Assembly (NCBI GenBank): GCA_963702535.1
Contig: CAVPDG010000007.1
Span: 4,949 to 68,948, forward strand
DNA length: 64,000 nucleotides
Reading direction: 5' to 3'
From: an uncultured Chloroflexia bacterium
GTDB taxonomy: Bacteria > Chloroflexota > Anaerolineae > Anaerolineales > UBA4823
The notes below the pieces were generated by a model. It saw only the letters and a list, made by a program, of their open reading frames with translations, was not told where the DNA came from and searched no databases. Below are positions 19,666-28,702 of this stretch, piece by piece. The position numbers and the translations under genes are program-made. Each line of letters begins with the position of its first letter. The first letter of the stretch is position 1.

Positions 19666-20673
19666 ATGGCAATCGAACACGAGAGGGCTGTACCCATGCA
19701 CAATACCTTGAGCCGCTTTAACATCCGGGGCAACCTGCCGGTGATCCTGTTTTTTGTGCTGATTGGACTGGGACCGATATTCATCAAAGATGAATACTTG
19801 CGCCATCTGATGGTCGTATCGTTGCTCTTTGGCGCGCAGGGTATGGTATCTGACTTTACGGTTGGCTACATCAACATCTCCAACTTTGGTTTTGCTGCCT
19901 TCTTTGGATTGGGCGCATACACTGCCGGCATCCTGGTGGGCAATTACGATGTGAATCCATACCTCGGCATGGTGGCTGGGATGTTGATGGCGGGTTTACT
20001 GGGCTTATTCACCGGTGCGCTGACCATGCGCCTGCGCGGGCTGTATGTTGCCATCATGGCTTGGTTCATGGCGCTGGCGCTGCAGGCGTTAGCCCTGGCG
20101 ATGGTTGATCTCACGCGCGGTTCGAGGGGTTTGTTCGTGCCATCGCTCTTCGAGTCCGGGTCGATTATCCCGTATTTCTACGTGCTCTTCATCCTGGTGG
20201 TCATCATCTTCGTGGTGATCAAGCTGGTGATCGCCTCGCGGGTGGGCTTGGCGTTCAAAGCCATCGGCTATGATGTGGATTTTGCCCGGGCGTCTGGGGT
20301 GAATCCCACATATTACAAGATGGTCGCCTTCGTCCTTTCCTGCGGCTTCGCTGGTCTGCTGGGCTCGTTCTACGCCTACTTCGTTGGCATCCTGACGCCG
20401 GATGTGATGGGTACCCAGCACACCGTTGAGGTGATCGCGCTGAATGTGATCGGTGGGCGCGCCAGCCTGTGGGGTCCGCTCCTGGCTGGATTTGTGATCA
20501 TCCCGCCCTTCGAATACATGAAATCGCTGATGGAAGTGCGCTTGATCATCTACGGCAGCCTGCTGGTGCTGACGATGATCTTCTTCCCGCCGGGGTTGGC
20601 TGGCATCGTGTGGAGGATCGGTGGAAAGCTGGGTCTGGTGAAGCACAAGACTTACTTCGGGACGGATGACTAA
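19666..20673 (+). CDS. LIV-type ABC transporter permease (LivM-like)
   Basis: Start moved to ATG 19666 (MAIEHERAV...), 9 nt after the LivH-like stop. The 108 nt of track ORF upstream overlap the preceding gene. Polytopic. Confidence 0.8.
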   Translation: MAIEHERAVPMHNTLSRFNIRGNLPVILFFVLIGLGPIFIKDEYLRHLMVVSLLFGAQGMVSDFTVGYINISNFGFAAFFGLGAYTAGILVGNYDVNPYLGMVAGMLMAGLLGLFTGALTMRLRGLYVAIMAWFMALALQALALAMVDLTRGSRGLFVPSLFESGSIIPYFYVLFILVVIIFVVIKLVIASRVGLAFKAIGYDVDFARASGVNPTYYKMVAFVLSCGFAGLLGSFYAYFVGILTPDVMGTQHTVEVIALNVIGGRASLWGPLLAGFVIIPPFEYMKSLMEVRLIIYGSLLVLTMIFFPPGLAGIVWRIGGKLGLVKHKTYFGTDD

Positions 20674-20696
20674 CCGGGAGCCGGTGGGGAGCCAAG

Positions 20697-21713
20697 ATGC
20701 CAAGAAGAGCTTCAATCTCTGGGCTGGAACAGCAGATCGTCCAATACCTGGGGAAACTGCCAGGAAGCGTCCTGGGTGTTGACTCCACGCAACCGGTCGA
20801 GATTTTGGATATGACGCCGGGAGCGTACAACCTGAACTTCCATGTGGCGATCGACGGGAAGCGCTTCATCTTTCGGGTCAATATCCAGCAGCAGAGCGGG
20901 TTGGCGGAGCAGATCGATTACGAATTGGCAGTGATGCTGTACCTGTATCCCTATCACATCACACCGATGATTTACCACGTCGATAACACCAAGTCTTTCT
21001 TCGACTTCGACGTGCTGATCGAGGAATACCTGGAGGGTCCCTACATCTCCTTGACCGAGGAGGAGATGCCAGCCGTGGCAGCTTTGCTGGCAAAGCTGCA
21101 CTCCCTGGATCCGCACAAAGTGCCGCTGATCACCTGGTCGAAACCGCTGGAGGACACGCTGCAGCTCGTGCTGAGCGACTTGCAGGAATACAAAGCGAAG
21201 AAGAGCGCCGAGGCGCGGGTGATTGCCCTCACGGAGCGCTTCTTAGCCAAAGCGGAGCCGGTGGTCGCTGCCAAAGCCGGGCTGTTTACGCCAGACGGCA
21301 TCAATCACACGGATGTCGCTGTAGATAACTTCATCAAGACGCGAGATGGCTTGAAGCTGATCGATTGGGAGAAGCCGCGTTACGACGATTGCAGCTACGA
21401 CGTGTGCTGTTTCCTCTCCGAGCCATGCCAGCTCTGGTGCTTGCCGGAAGTACTGCCGCCGGCGGGTAGGGAAGTTTTCCTGCAGGAATATGTGCGCTTA
21501 TCGGGCAGGGATGAAGAGCTGTTCCGAGAGAAAGTGCGCGTGCGTGAGCCGCTGGTTTCCCTGCACTGGATCTTCTGGGGATTGAACCGGCTGTGCGATC
21601 TGAAAGACCAGACGACCGCCTCCGCTCTGCAAGAGGTGCACGGGGAGAAGGTCTCGCGCTGGGTGCGGATCGCTGAACCTTGTCTTATAGAGAAATTGAT
21701 CGACCAGGTTTGA
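20697..21713 (+). CDS. APH-fold small-molecule kinase (aminoglycoside phosphotransferase / choline kinase / fructosamine kinase superfamily)
   Basis: 338 aa. INHTDVAVDNFI...LKLIDWEKPRYDD matches the catalytic-loop HxDxxxxN plus the DWE metal-binding motif of this fold. Confidence 0.65.
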   Translation: MPRRASISGLEQQIVQYLGKLPGSVLGVDSTQPVEILDMTPGAYNLNFHVAIDGKRFIFRVNIQQQSGLAEQIDYELAVMLYLYPYHITPMIYHVDNTKSFFDFDVLIEEYLEGPYISLTEEEMPAVAALLAKLHSLDPHKVPLITWSKPLEDTLQLVLSDLQEYKAKKSAEARVIALTERFLAKAEPVVAAKAGLFTPDGINHTDVAVDNFIKTRDGLKLIDWEKPRYDDCSYDVCCFLSEPCQLWCLPEVLPPAGREVFLQEYVRLSGRDEELFREKVRVREPLVSLHWIFWGLNRLCDLKDQTTASALQEVHGEKVSRWVRIAEPCLIEKLIDQV

Positions 21714-21775
21714 TCAATTTCATAAGAATACTCGGCTGCTGGAAAGCAGCCTCCAACTAAAAAAGGAGATTTAGA

Positions 21776-22906
21776 ATGGCAAGAACTACTATCATGCTCG
21801 TCGGACTGGGAGAATTAGGTGGACACGTACTGGAAATGCTCGTGCGCGCTCCCGGGAACCGGCGCATCGTCACTGCAGATGTTGACGAAGACAGAGCGTA
21901 CCGCAAGACCCAAATTGCAATCTACGGCGCTTCCCAGATGGGTTACTACCCGGATGTGGAATTCACCAAGATCGACCTTAACAATAAAGAGCAATCCGCT
22001 GAGGTCATCAACCGCGTCAACCCCGACGTGATCTACAGCGCCGCCACATTGCAGTCGTGGTGGGTCATCACCACCCTGCCCAAGCCCGTCTTCGACGACC
22101 TGGACAAGGCGCGCTTCGGTCCCTGGCTGCCCATGCACCTGAGCGTGGTTTACAAGCTGATGCAGGCAGTCAAAGCCACCGGCAAGGATTACAAAGTCGT
22201 CAATTCAGCCTTCCCGGATGCCTGCGGGCCGATCCTGAAGACGCGTGGCTTGAACCCGACGGTAGGCATCGGCAACGTTGCCAACCCGGTCCCGGCGATC
22301 CGCCTGGGCATTGCCGACCAGCTGGGTGTAAAGCTGAGCGATGTGAAGATCTACCTCGCCTGCCAGCACTATGTCAGCCACTACATCCCGCGCTTCGGCA
22401 CAGCCGGCGGCGCGCCCTATTATCTCAGGGCGTATGTGGGCGGCAAGGATGTGACCAAGGAAGTGGATATCGACAAAGTATTTGCCGAAGCGCCTACGAA
22501 GTACCGCCGCACCGGCGGACTGGGCGGGCAGATCCTGACCGCTTCTTCTGCAGCCGCCATCACCCTGGCGATGGCAGACGACAAGCGCGAGTTCCTGCAC
22601 GCACCCGCTCCGGACGGCTTGCCCGGCGGTTACCCCGTGCGCGTGGATGCCAACGGCGCCACGCTCGACCTGCCCAACGACCTGTCTGTTGAAGAGGCCA
22701 TCCGCATCAACGAGGAAGGGCAAGCCATCGACGGCCTCGAGCGCATCGATAAGAATGGCACTGCCTATATCCCCGAGTGGTCTAACGACATCATGAAGCG
22801 CATGGTCGGCTTCGACTGCAAGGTGATGCCGCTGGACGACATTCACGAGATCGCAGCCGAGCTGGGCGCCAAGTTCAAGGCGTTTGCCGCTACGTACGCG
22901 AAATAG
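21776..22906 (+). CDS. Saccharopine dehydrogenase-like NAD(P)-binding oxidoreductase (function unknown)
   Basis: N-terminal Rossmann IMLVGLGELGGHVLEMLV...IVTADVDEDRA...VNPDVIYSAATL resembles the saccharopine-DH NADP-binding domain. The C-terminal half is not recognisable to me. Confidence 0.4.
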   Translation: MARTTIMLVGLGELGGHVLEMLVRAPGNRRIVTADVDEDRAYRKTQIAIYGASQMGYYPDVEFTKIDLNNKEQSAEVINRVNPDVIYSAATLQSWWVITTLPKPVFDDLDKARFGPWLPMHLSVVYKLMQAVKATGKDYKVVNSAFPDACGPILKTRGLNPTVGIGNVANPVPAIRLGIADQLGVKLSDVKIYLACQHYVSHYIPRFGTAGGAPYYLRAYVGGKDVTKEVDIDKVFAEAPTKYRRTGGLGGQILTASSAAAITLAMADDKREFLHAPAPDGLPGGYPVRVDANGATLDLPNDLSVEEAIRINEEGQAIDGLERIDKNGTAYIPEWSNDIMKRMVGFDCKVMPLDDIHEIAAELGAKFKAFAATYAK

Positions 22907-22925
22907 CAACACCCGCAACGATTTG

Positions 22926-23044
22926 GGAGATTGTCCCGTGCAATCCTGATGAGGGGCAATCTCCGTGCTGGAGGGGCGGCGCATCCCCAACATCCTCGAA
23001 CGACCATCATCGTACACGGGGAAGCAGCGCCGCCCTTCTTTTTC
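22926..23044 (+). promoter_or_regulatory. Two consecutive stem-loops, the second followed by a T-run (terminator/attenuator-like)
   Basis: GGAGATTG (22926-22933) pairs with CAATCTCC (22957-22964). GGGCGGCGC (22974-22982) pairs with GCGCCGCCC (23027-23035), followed by TTCTTTTTC. Confidence 0.4.
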
Positions 23045-23056
23045 AAAGAGGACCAA

Positions 23057-24058
23057 GTGAGCGCATTCAGCAAAGTTGAGTTCATTTACCTCTCGCAGGA
23101 GGATGTCATCCGAGTCGGGTTGACGATGCGTGAGGTAATTGCTGCTGTGGAAGCGGTGTTCGGCGAGCACGGCATGAAGCGCGTGGAAAACCCGCCCAAA
23201 CCCGGCATCCATCCCATACCGAGCGCATTCTTGCATGCCATGCCGGCTTTCCTGCCGGGGCTGGATGCGGCAGGGATGAAGTGGGTGAGCAGCTACCCCA
23301 CCAACGCGCAGCACAACCTGCCGGCGGTGATGGGGGTGATGATCCTGAACGAGGTGCAGACGGGCAGACCGCTGGCGATCATGGACTGTCGCTGGATCAC
23401 GGCGGCGCGCACCGGCGCAGCCTCAGCCGTGGCGGCGAAGTACCTGGCGCGGCAGGGGGCAGAGGTGGTAGGTATTGTGGGGGCGGGCGTGCAGGGACGC
23501 TTCAACCTGCTGGCGCTGCGGGAAACGCTGCCCGGGCTCAGGCTGGTGAAGTATTACGATCTCTACCCCGAGACGCTCAATGCAAGCGTGGAGGCGATGG
23601 GGGCAGGCGTCCATTACCAGGTGAAAGCTTGCGCATCTGCCAGGGAGGCGATTGAGGGTTCGGACGTGATCGTCACCTGCACCGGAAAGCTGGAGCAAGT
23701 GGTCTATTATGATGCCTGGGTCAAGCCGGGTGCCCTGGTGCTGCCGGTTCACCACCGCGGCTGGGAGAATAAGACCCTCCACAACGCCGATAAGTTCGTC
23801 ACCGATGATTGGGAGCAGCTCTCCAAGTCTGCGGCGGCGGTGGGCGGGTTCGACGGCGCGCTGCCGCTGCCGTACGCCGAGCTGGGCGAGATCGTCACGG
23901 GTCAGAAGCCCGGGCGCCAGCGGGATGATGAACGCATCATCGATTTCAATTACGGTCTGGCGATGGAGGATATCGCCGTCGCCAAGCAAATTTACGCCAA
24001 GGCGCTCGAGCGCGGCATGGGGCAACGCCTGACATTGATGGAGAAAGATTTCAGTTGA
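23057..24058 (+). CDS. Ornithine cyclodeaminase / mu-crystallin family protein
   Basis: Start chosen at GTG 23057 (VSAFSKVEFIYLSQEDV...), with AGAGGA upstream. ITAARTGAASAVAAKYLAR and VGIVGAGVQGRFNL are typical OCD-family motifs. Confidence 0.8.
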   Translation: MSAFSKVEFIYLSQEDVIRVGLTMREVIAAVEAVFGEHGMKRVENPPKPGIHPIPSAFLHAMPAFLPGLDAAGMKWVSSYPTNAQHNLPAVMGVMILNEVQTGRPLAIMDCRWITAARTGAASAVAAKYLARQGAEVVGIVGAGVQGRFNLLALRETLPGLRLVKYYDLYPETLNASVEAMGAGVHYQVKACASAREAIEGSDVIVTCTGKLEQVVYYDAWVKPGALVLPVHHRGWENKTLHNADKFVTDDWEQLSKSAAAVGGFDGALPLPYAELGEIVTGQKPGRQRDDERIIDFNYGLAMEDIAVAKQIYAKALERGMGQRLTLMEKDFS

Positions 24059-24099
24059 CCATCAGCGGCAAAACCTGGCGGATGGCAAATTCTTCTGGA

Positions 24100-24126
24100 C
24101 ACGGATAACCACGGATACCACGGATA
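24100..24126 (+). repeat. Three direct copies of CACGGATA at 10- and 9-bp spacing
   Basis: CACGGATA at 24100-24107, 24110-24117 and 24119-24126, about 30 nt upstream of the opine-DH-family gene start. Confidence 0.7.
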
Positions 24127-24156
24127 AAAAGAAGAAAACATTGCACGGAGGTTGAA

Positions 24157-25242
24157 ATGACAGTAAGCAAAATAGCTGTGTTGGGGGGCGGGAACGCCTC
24201 GCACACGATTTCCGCCGATCTGACCCTGAAGGGGCTATCGGTGAACTTGTTCGAGATGGAGCGCTTTGCCGACTCGATGCGCACCGTTTTTGAGACGGGC
24301 GAGATCGAGATGTCCGGCGTGGCGGGCTCGGGCAAAGCCAGGCTCAACATGGTGACGAGCGACATCGCACAAGCGGTGGCGGGGGTGGAGGTGATCTTCA
24401 TGCCGCTGCCTGGCTTTACGGTGGGACCCTACGCTGAGCTGCTGGCGCCGCACCTGGTGGACGGGCAGGCGGTAGTGATGCTGCCCGGCAGCCTTTCGGC
24501 GCTGGAGTTCCTCACCGCCATCCGCCGCCTGGGCTGCAAGAGCGATGTCATTGCCGCGGAGACGGGCGGGTTGCCCTTTGCCACGCGCCTGGTGGCGCCG
24601 GGCAAGGTTAAGACCTTCCACATCCGGGCGATCTGCACCCTGGCGACCGTACCGGGCAACCGCTGCCAGGAGCTGTACAAGAAGATCGAGGGGCTGTACC
24701 CGTTTGCGCCGCGCAAGACGGTGGTGGAGACGGGGCTGGCGCACCTGACGCCGCTGCTGCACCCCGTGGGCACGCTGCTCAACGCCGGGCGCATCGAGCG
24801 CTCGCACGGCGACTTTTACATGTACGAGGAAGGTATGACACCCGGCGTTGTGCGCGTAGCCGAGCGGGTGGACCAGGAGCGCCTGGCGATCGGTGAGAAG
24901 ATGGGCATCAAGCTGCCGACCGGCGTGGATATGATGGTCGAATTGGCTTATGGGCCGCGCGGCACGCTGTGGGAATTGGTCAACGGCAGCGCCGGGCTGA
25001 CGCCGGTGAGAGGACCCGATTCGCTGAGCAGTCGCTACCTCACCGAGGATGTGCCCTTCGGTTTGGTGCCGTGGGCGAGCCTGGGGCATGCCGTGGGCGT
25101 GGCAACGCCGATCATGGATGCGCTGGTCGCCATCGGCGGCGCGATCATGGGCGTAGATCCCTGGGAGCACGGGCGCAACTTGAAGAAGATGGGGCTGGAC
25201 GGCAAAGACTTGCAGGAGATCAAGGCATACCTCGAGGGGTAG
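24157..25242 (+). CDS. NAD/NADP octopine/nopaline (opine) dehydrogenase family protein
   Basis: 361 aa with N-terminal IAVLGGGNASHT Rossmann and C-terminal SRYLTEDVPFGLVPWASLG, typical of the octopine-DH domain. Confidence 0.75.
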   Translation: MTVSKIAVLGGGNASHTISADLTLKGLSVNLFEMERFADSMRTVFETGEIEMSGVAGSGKARLNMVTSDIAQAVAGVEVIFMPLPGFTVGPYAELLAPHLVDGQAVVMLPGSLSALEFLTAIRRLGCKSDVIAAETGGLPFATRLVAPGKVKTFHIRAICTLATVPGNRCQELYKKIEGLYPFAPRKTVVETGLAHLTPLLHPVGTLLNAGRIERSHGDFYMYEEGMTPGVVRVAERVDQERLAIGEKMGIKLPTGVDMMVELAYGPRGTLWELVNGSAGLTPVRGPDSLSSRYLTEDVPFGLVPWASLGHAVGVATPIMDALVAIGGAIMGVDPWEHGRNLKKMGLDGKDLQEIKAYLEG

Positions 25243-25263
25243 CCTGATTGAACCGAAAAATCT

Positions 25264-25301
25264 GACCGGATGCGGGCGCAATTCCGCATCCGGTCTTTTT
25301 A
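25264..25301. terminator. Bidirectional rho-independent terminator
   Basis: GACCGGATGCGG, an 8-nt loop, then CCGCATCCGGTC followed by TTTTTATTTTA. An A-run (GAAAAATCT) lies on the other side. It sits between convergent genes. Confidence 0.8.
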
Positions 25302-25303
25302 TT

Positions 25304-26179
25304 TTAATCGGCAAGATTGCGGAAGTAGCGCACGCTCAGCCACAGGGCGGCCAGGCTTAGGATGACAAAAGAGCCGACCATGCCGATCATCTGCCCGGGA
25401 TTGAGGAAAATGCCCACTATGCGCTGGAAAATCGTCTGCCCGATGACCACCAGCCCGATCAGCATACATAGCGTGAGCATGGAGGCTGAGAGCACCAGGG
25501 AAACCGGCAGGCGGCGGCGCAGCAGTAAGCCGGTGAGGATGAGCACGGGGGTGATGATGCCCAGGTCGAGAACATAGGTGACCTCGGTGGTGTAGCTTTC
25601 CAGGGTGGGAATGGGCTGACCGGAGAAAAGAGCGCCGAGCAAGCCGGACATCCACACCAGGAGCAGGATGGCGCCCGAGACGAGCATGAAGATCGATAGT
25701 CCACGGTAGGGCATGCCGGGCAGAACGTGGGAAGGTAAGACAACCAGGTCGACGGCGCAAAAAGCCAGGATGAAGGCAAACAGGCTAAGCGAGAATGTGA
25801 CGATGTAGAGCAGGAGCAGAGGGTTATAAGCCGCGCCTAATGCGAGGGAGGCGGCGTTATACAACGCATAGGTCAGGGCGCCCACCAGGAGCAGCAAACC
25901 GCGCAGCTTACCCCGGCGATAGAGCAAGAACGCCACTGACAGCAGGGGAACGCCCACCAGCAGGGTGATGGCGTCCGAGCCGCGCAGCGTGGCGCCTTTC
26001 ATCAGCGAATCGAAATGGTAGAGGCCGGAGCCGTACATCTGGATTGTCTGGCCATGCAGCGTGGTGAAGGTGAATGGTCCTCCGCCGCCGGCGGGCCAGA
26101 ATAGCCCGGCAGCCGCGGCAAGCAGGGTGAAGAGAGCGATGGGAGGGACGAGCCAATTGAGAGCAGGCTGGGGTTTCAT
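25304..26179 (-). CDS. Polytopic membrane protein, function unknown
   Basis: 291 aa with about 8 hydrophobic segments. I recognise no family motif. Confidence 0.6.
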   Translation of the reverse strand: MKPQPALNWLVPPIALFTLLAAAAGLFWPAGGGGPFTFTTLHGQTIQMYGSGLYHFDSLMKGATLRGSDAITLLVGVPLLSVAFLLYRRGKLRGLLLLVGALTYALYNAASLALGAAYNPLLLLYIVTFSLSLFAFILAFCAVDLVVLPSHVLPGMPYRGLSIFMLVSGAILLLVWMSGLLGALFSGQPIPTLESYTTEVTYVLDLGIITPVLILTGLLLRRRLPVSLVLSASMLTLCMLIGLVVIGQTIFQRIVGIFLNPGQMIGMVGSFVILSLAALWLSVRYFRNLAD

Positions 26180-26305
26180 GGGGAGTTCCTCGGTAGGAGT
26201 GGGATGGAGTTGCGGTGCTGAGGTTGATCTGATTATATAGTAAAAAACAGCCTTCCCTCGAGCCGAACTCGATGAAAGGCTGCGGGAAAGACAGGCTTTC
26301 GGTTT

Positions 26306-26885
26306 TCAGAGCTTCTGTTCTGCAGGTGTAAAGAGCCTGCCTGGCTTCCAGGGGGTGCCGAGGAGCGGCAGTAGCCAGCGGTCCAGGCCCCACCAGCCGG
26401 CGGTCTTCCAGGCGAGACGAGCAGCACCGCCAGGAAGAACAGCATCGGGTTGATGCTGGCTGAGCCTGCCATCATGAAGTTCCAGTTCATGAAGCCGCCA
26501 AAGAGGGCGGCGATGCCGGTGAACATGCCCAGGATGAGCGCCAGTCCGATGAGCAGCTCCCCGGCGACGACCAGCTTGGCAAACCAGGTGTAGCTGCCGC
26601 TTTCGAGAAGCGTCTCCAGGAAAGTGCGGTACCAACCGAAGGCGATCAGCGGGCGGGCGGGGGCTTCGGGAATGGCAACCGCCCGCTCCCAGAAGCCCTT
26701 CAGCGCTTCACCGCTCTGCACCCAGGCGGGATTGCTGAGCTTGCCCCAGCCGGATGTCAGCCAGGTATAACCAACGTACAGACGGAAATGAGCCAGATCC
26801 ATGCCCAGCGCGTGTTGCTGAAGAGCGCCTGCGCCACGGGCGGGTCTGTGATGGTGACGTTTTTATTCCAGGTTTGGGTAGCCAT
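26306..26885 (-). pseudogene. DoxX-family membrane protein, frame broken twice (about 26786-26788 and 26413-26420)
   Basis: Hand translation from ATG 26885 gives MATQTWNKNVTITDPPVAQALFSNTRWAWIWLI. This continues in the frame of ORF 26233..26802 (FRLYVGYTWLTSGWGKL...INPMLFFLAVLL), then in the frame of ORF 26306..26635 (LAWKTAGWWGLDRWLLPLLGTPW...). Confidence 0.7.
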
Positions 26886-27129
26886 AGTTCCTTCCTTGTT
26901 TGTTGGAAAATACCCACTGCCTGCCATCCCTTTAATCTAGGACTAGTTTACTCCAATTAGAAATCAGAGGGGATTAGCAATTACTCATCATCGCCAGCGG
27001 TGTTTGCGCCAGCAATTTTTTCCAGGTGCAGAAAAAAACCGTGTTATACTCCAGCGAACACTATGGCGACGACTATTTTCCACAACGACTAATTTCCCTA
27101 AAAATGCAGGGTTAATTTAGCGGTAGCCT

Positions 27130-27798
27130 ATGCCTCCCCCGATGAAGGAAGCCTACTTCACCCCAGATAACCTGGCGAGCCAGACCCAAGAGTTGTTGCA
27201 GGCGCCTGGCATCGTGCTCCGTCCGTCCACGCCCAAATTCAACCCGCAGGGAGCAGCCTTACTGGTGCTGGACATGCAGCTCTACTTCCTGGAGCCAGAA
27301 TCGCACGCATATATCCCCAGCGCGGCCGCTATCCTGCCGGGTATCGCGGAACTGACGCGCAGTTTTTATGCCCACGAGCTGCCGGTGGTATTCTCCCGGC
27401 ACACCAACACGCCCCAGGATGCAGGATGGATGGCAACCTGGTGGAAGGACTTGATCGCGCCGGATGAGAGGCGCAGCGCCATCACACCCCAGCTAGACAC
27501 CTCTCGGGCAAGGGTGATCGAGAAGAAGCGCTACGACGCATTCCTGGATACGCCACTGGAAGCGTACCTGCACAGCTTGCAGGTGGAGCAGGTGGTGATC
27601 ACAGGCGTGATGACGCACCTGTGCTGTGAAACCACTGCCCGCTCGGCATTCATGCGCGGTTTTTTGCCCTTCTTCCTGGTGGACGGCACCGCCACCTACA
27701 ACCGCTATTTCCATATCGCCACGCTCACCAACCTGGCGCACGGCTTCGCCCACCTGGCGCGGGTGCAGGATATCCTTGCCGCGCTGGAGGGCGAGTGA
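27130..27798 (+). CDS. Isochorismatase-family (cysteine hydrolase) protein
   Basis: AALLVLDMQLYF, KKRYDAF and VVITGVMTHLCCETTARSA give the D-K-C catalytic-triad context of isochorismatase/nicotinamidase-like hydrolases. Confidence 0.8.
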   Translation: MPPPMKEAYFTPDNLASQTQELLQAPGIVLRPSTPKFNPQGAALLVLDMQLYFLEPESHAYIPSAAAILPGIAELTRSFYAHELPVVFSRHTNTPQDAGWMATWWKDLIAPDERRSAITPQLDTSRARVIEKKRYDAFLDTPLEAYLHSLQVEQVVITGVMTHLCCETTARSAFMRGFLPFFLVDGTATYNRYFHIATLTNLAHGFAHLARVQDILAALEGE

Positions 27799-28702
27799 GC
27801 GTTTACGGCGTGGCAATCATCGGAGCGGGTCCAGCCGGGCTGGCAGCCGCCATCCAGCTTCAGCGCTACGGCATTGATGCGTTGCTGCTGGAGGCGGAAG
27901 CGGTCGGCGGGTTGCTGCGCAACGCCAACCTGGTGGAGAACTACCCCGGCTTCCCGCAGGGTATCCCTGGGATGCGAGCTGGCGCGCTTGTTCGCCGGGC
28001 AGCTCGACCAGCAGGGAGTGACCGTCACCTACGCTCGGGTGAGCGCAGTGAAGGACGAAGGCGATGCTTTCTGCCTGCAGAGCGACCGGGGCGCTTTTTC
28101 TGCCCGCATCCTGGTGATCGCCACGGGCAGCCAGGCGCTGACCTTGCAGGATTTCCCCATCCCCGAGGCGGCGAAGAGCAGGGTGCTGTACGAGATCCTG
28201 CCCGTGCTGGGTGTGGAGGGGCGGCGCTTCGCCATCGTGGGGGCGGGCGACCTGGCTTTCGATTACGCCCTCAACCTGGGCAAACGCAACGCCGTCACGA
28301 TCCTCAACCGGGGCAGCGAGACGCGCTGCCTGCCGCTGCTGCGCCAGCGAGCCGCAGACAACCCGCGAATTTCGTATAGGGAAAATACCTGGGTCGAAGG
28401 CGTGCGCCAGGCGCCGCAGGGCGAGCTGGAGCTCGCCTGCCGCAGCCCGCAGGGGGAGATTTCCATCGCCTGCGATTACCTGGTGGGGGCGATCGGGCGC
28501 AAGCCGCAGCTCGATTTTCTTTCAGAAGACTTCCTGCGTCACGCCGCCGGTTGGCAGCGGGAGGGCAGGCTTGTATCTCATTGGGGACGTGAAGAACCAG
28601 CAGTACCGCCAGGCATCCATCGCCATTGGGGATGGCGTGATGGCAGCCATGCAAATCCACCAGAGGAGCCATGAGCATGAACATCATCGCATCAACCGGT
28701 AA
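27795..28702 (+). pseudogene. FAD/NAD(P)-dependent pyridine-nucleotide oxidoreductase (thioredoxin-reductase-like), frame broken twice (GGG 27969-27971 and about 28555-28570)
   Basis: VAIIGAGPAGLAAAIQL...NYPGFPQGIPG | CELARLFAGQL...RFAIVGAGDLAFDYALNL... | GLYLIGDVKNQQYRQASIAIGDGVMAA. The GTG start overlaps the isochorismatase stop (GTGA). Confidence 0.8.
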
